Source: Octopus sinensis (Eukaryota). Taken from it: 64,000 nt of DNA. Of this stretch, positions 1 through 64,000 are shown in pieces. Numbering within the stretch: the first letter of the stretch is position 1; each line of letters opens with the position of its first letter. Below the pieces are notes generated by a model. It ran no database searches. It worked only from the letters and a program-made list of their open reading frames with translations, and was not told where the DNA came from. The stretch lies in assembly GCF_006345805.1 (NCBI RefSeq), contig NC_043001.1:84258001-84322000 (forward strand). The letters run 5' to 3'. Position numbers and translations under genes: made by a program.

Positions 1-13
1 TGTTAGTCTAGAG

Positions 14-271
14 CAGTAGTTGTCAATCAGGGTCCATTTGGCCACTTGGAAGTCCATATAAGATTTCGGAGTTAAAATTTATCTGCAATAAATTACTTAT
101 ACGTCTACAATGCATAAAATATTTTTGGCAATTTTTTAAGGCACTTCCTGATAATATTTAATTACAAAAATATTATATGATTTTTTAAAACATCAAATAG
201 CTAGGAGAGTCCATCCGAGTAAAATAGAAATCAAAGAGTTCATAGGTAAAAAAAATGGTTAAATAACACTG
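14..271. mobile_element. hAT/Charlie-like MITE
   Basis: Imperfect TIRs cagtagttgtcaa ... ttaaataacactg; 8-bp flanks gtctagag / gttaagag (6 of 8 match, Charlie-like target); related to the copy at 35541. Confidence 0.65.
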
Positions 272-320
272 GTTAAGAGGAACATTGCACGGGCTAGTTT
301 CACGGCACATGGCTCAATGT

Positions 321-752
321 TTTACTCTTTTACTTGTTTCAGTCATTTGGCTGTGGCCAAGCTGGAGCACCACCTTTAGTCGAGCAAATCGACCCCAGGA
401 CTTATTCTTTGTAAGCCTAGTACTTATTCCATCGTTCTCTTTTGCTGAACCGCTAAGTTACGGGGACGTAAACACACCAGCATCGGTTGTCAAGCGATGT
501 TGGGGGGGGGGGGGCACACACTGACAAAACACACACACACACACATATATATATACATATATACGACGGGCTTCTTTCAGTTTCCGTCTACCAAATCCAC
601 TCACAAGGCTTTGGTTGGCCCGAGGCTATAGTAGAAGACACTTGCCCAAAGTGCCACGCAGTGGGACTGAACCCGGAACCGTGTGGTTGATACGCAAGCT
701 ACTTACCATACAGCCACTCCTGCGCCTAGCTACTTACCACACAGCCACTCCT
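321..752 (-). mobile_element. tRNA-derived SINE family A (CORE-like), with a short duplicated head fragment
   Basis: A/B-box head ggagtggctg...ggttcagtccc, accttgggcaagt CORE-like block, internal (CA)/(TA) tract, aagtaaaagagtaaa tail. Confidence 0.8.
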
Positions 753-1464
753 GTTTAATAGCAAATTATTCCGTTCAATGCTACAACATTCTGTCAAGTA
801 GTATGCCTGACAGAGAAGTGACAATTAAGTCCTACGTCATACCGTTCAGTCCAGTACAGCATTCAGTGCAGTAGTATACCACTCGGTCTAGTGACATACC
901 ATTCAGTCTAATTCGTGTTATTCAATCCTATGGAGCACCATTTAGTCTAGTGAAATTCCATCCGGTGATATACTAATAATTTCATTGACATTTCCTTTAG
1001 TTCAATGATACGATTTGGTTAGGTGACCCACTGTTGAGTCTATGATACGCTGTCCAGTCAAATGACTCCTCATCCAATCGAGCTTGTGTCGCATTGGGTC
1101 CAGTGAAATCATGCTCTCTTGCTGCAAATATGTTAGTCCAGAGACATACCAAGTAACCTTTGATAAAAGATTTCTGATGTAGTAACCAGTTTTCTTGAAA
1201 CAATGTGAAACACTATGTTACATAGTGGAGTCATTAATTCAAACATTAAGCATTATTCTTTAGTCATCCATTATTCTTTAGTTATTCATTCTTGTGTTAT
1301 TTCAGTTATTCATTCAAAGGTAACATTAAAATATCTCACACTCTTATTAATATTGCTTTGATCACTCAGTTCAGGGGCTTTACTCTCATACCTCACTATA
1401 CTCATTCTCTGAATTTGGTTCCAATAAACTCCCTCTCCCTCTCTTTCTATCACTCATACACATC

Positions 1465-1769
1465 TTGTTTGTTCCTTCTCGAGCCACGCCTGGCTCATAA
1501 GGGCCGGTTTCCCGGCTTCCTTGGCGTATAGGTTCCCCACCTGGACGGGACGCCGGTCCGTCGCAGGTGAGCTGCAAGATGCAGGAGGAAAGATTGAGAG
1601 AAAGTTGTGGCGAAGGGAATCAGCAGAAGTTCGCCATTACCTTCTGCCGGAGCCGAGTGGAGCTTAGGTATTTCGCTCATAAACACACACTTCGCCCGGT
1701 CTGAGATTCGAACCCACGATCCGTCGACCGCGAGTCCACTGCTCTAACCACTAGGCCATGTGCCTCCAC
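1465..1769 (-). mobile_element. tRNA-derived SINE family C
   Basis: Head ggaggcacatggcctagtggttagag...ggttcgaatc; tail ggctcgagaaggaacaaacaa. Confidence 0.8.
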
Positions 1770-2156
1770 CATACACATCTTACACAAATTATATCCATTC
1801 TTTGTACTTTCTCTACTCACTCTTCTGTTTCGCTTTACTGACTGCACTAACTCCATGCACCAAAATTCTCTCACTCTCTTCACCCCACTTACTCTGTTCA
1901 CCCCTCTTACTCCCCTCACTCTTCACATAAGGCACACATAATTCAACTTACACCAGCCTACATATCGTATACCACCTCACTCTATCTGTCCATGATACCT
2001 TATCACACTCAGCTCTCTAATTTTGCTCATCATACAATAAATATCTTCTAGTCTACCTCACCATCAGTCTTTCACTCCACTCGTTGTTTCACCCCATACT
2101 CTAGAACCACACTCTCACTCAAACTACTTATCTTGCTCCTCTTCTCTTTGTTTTAG

Positions 2157-62172
<60,016 letters not shown>

Positions 62173-62212
62173 GTAGGTATCATTGTTGTAACCATTCATT
62201 ATAGAGTGAAGG

Positions 62213-63252
62213 CCGGCGATCCGGCAGGATCGTTAGCATTCCAAACAGAACTTAGAGGTATTTTGTCCGTTTTTATGTTTTGAGTTCAAATTTCGCCGAG
62301 GTCGACTTTGCCTTTTCATCCTTTCGGAGTTGACTGAAGTAAACGACTTGTTCCGTCTCGCAAAATGTCTGGCCTTGTGCTTATAGTAGATAAATATTAC
62401 TGATCGAAAAGTTGTTTTGACATGCCAGTCGGTCTGAAAAATAAGAGGTCTTCAAAGAAGCTTCGGCTGTCCTTAGCTGACAAAATGTGCTATTGCAATT
62501 ATTCTTTTAAAGATGATTAACCTTGTGGTATATTTAATGTTGTGGAACCCGAACAAGGAAGTGCTGAAAAATATGTTAGTAAAAGAAAGGCGATTACAGG
62601 AATACAAGATCAAAGTGAAAAGTGAGACCATATCTAAGCTGACTCACACATAATAAACTCCTACAGGTGAGGGTAAGCAGGGTGATGGTATTCAATAATA
62701 CATAAGTAGGGTATATATGTTGTGGTGAATCCGTTTGACGGATCATCTAAAAGAGTATTATAGATCGGCCACATAAGGAAAAACAAGAGTGGCAGGGCGA
62801 AGAACAAAAGCAATAATATTTAGTTTAAATTTTGGCAAAAGGTGAACAACTTCGAGGTAGGGAGATCAATTGATTACTTCGACCCCGGTGCTTAACTGAT
62901 AATTATTTTATCGATCTCGAGAGGATGAAGAGCAGAGTCGAGCCCGGCAGCATTTGAAGTCAGAACGTAAAGTCGGAAGAAACACTGCTAAGCATATTGC
63001 CCGGCGTGTTGACGATTCTCTTTAACAAGGGAAACAATATTCATTTCTACTAGGGGCACAAGGCCTGAAATTTTGGGTGATGAGTAAGTCGATTACATCG
63101 GTTCAAGTGCTCAACTGGTACTTATTATATCGACCCGGGAAGGATGAAAGGTAAAGTCGACCTCGGCGGAATTTAATCTCAAAAAGCAGAGACGGACGAA
63201 ATGCCGCTAAGCAAATTTTCCGGCGTTGCTAACGATTCTGCTAACTCGCCTA
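62213..63252. mobile_element. Three SINE family B-related copies: + at 62213-62392, - at ~62835-63020 and ~63045-63252
   Basis: B-box and Meta-like blocks on both strands. Confidence 0.7.
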
Positions 63253-64000
63253 CTTAGCAAGAGCGATAACACTAGCAACAAAGACGTCTTTTATGATTGA
63301 CTATCTGCTCGTATCGCTTCTTGGCCACATCGATTCTCAGACATCTCCATAACAAAATATTTCTTTACATACCAGACAGTGCACCAGTTGTTACTTCTGG
63401 TCTTAAAATAATGCTTAACCGTGTTGGATGGTACGAAAATATTCACCTCCAGCCGACAATGTGTCTACAGCATATCACATTTGCACTAATTATCTTATTA
63501 ATAATTTCAGATTTTCATTTAACTAGTTCCAAAGTTAGATTGGTGATATTGGTTCAGCTGAAGGTCACGTTGAGCATCTGTAGGTTTATGTTTGTTGCAT
63601 GTGTATTGCCTGCGGCATATTTGAAGATGGTGGGAATATGATGCTCTGGAAAAAATGACTGGGTGAAGTGTTTCGTGTTAAAGCACATAACTACGCGTAT
63701 ATATATATATATATATATATATATAACTACGCTTATATATATATATGCACATATACATGTACATACATGAATGCACGTATGCCTACATACATACAAACAT
63801 TCATTCGAGCATCAACATGCATACACATATACTTTCCTTCACATACATACACACTCAAGTGCACATACACAAACATACATACATACATAATACATACATA
63901 CATACATACATACATACATACATACATACATACATACACACACACATACATACATACGTACAAGCGTATTTTCACGTTTTAAGACAAACACAGCTGTTGA

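Noticed and set aside
1677-1769. tRNA-like sequences here and at other SINE heads (32334, 35957, 54930-55000)
   Set aside because: They have A/B boxes but no complete cloverleaf, and they continue into SINE bodies.
63297-63641. 114-aa ORF as a next or terminal exon
   Set aside because: There is a plausible acceptor near 63375, but no Cys pattern, no linker motif and no good phase-1 donor. It cannot be supported without transcripts.

Overview
AT-rich eukaryotic genomic DNA, very dense in microsatellites and tRNA-derived SINEs. The repeat landscape is typical of an octopus genome (inference). The whole window appears to lie inside one + strand gene whose start and end are outside the window. 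I can trace 27 exons (2157-62172), all entered and left in phase 1. Eleven 180/183-bp exons each encode a 6-Cys domain related to CBM14/peritrophin-A (chitin-binding type 2), but with a rearranged and invariant Cys spacing, C-x8-C-x2-C-x17-C-x9-C-x12-C. Fifteen short linker exons carry recurring motifs. One ~4-kb exon encodes roughly 120 Gly/Ser/Thr/Gln decapeptides (GGSQGTGGAT) and has a single 2-nt frameshift at ~12330. The spliced product is at least ~2375 aa with the frameshift corrected, or 1047 aa without the Gly exon, and looks like a secreted chitin-associated structural glycoprotein. The introns hold several SINE families, hAT-like MITEs, a fossil mariner, an R4/Dong-like LINE end, Penelope-type hammerhead-like motifs, long inverted repeats including a loopless 100-bp palindrome, and a ~520-bp antisense 28S rRNA 3'-end derivative with compensatory substitutions. 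All similarity calls come from motif recognition by eye; no database search was run.
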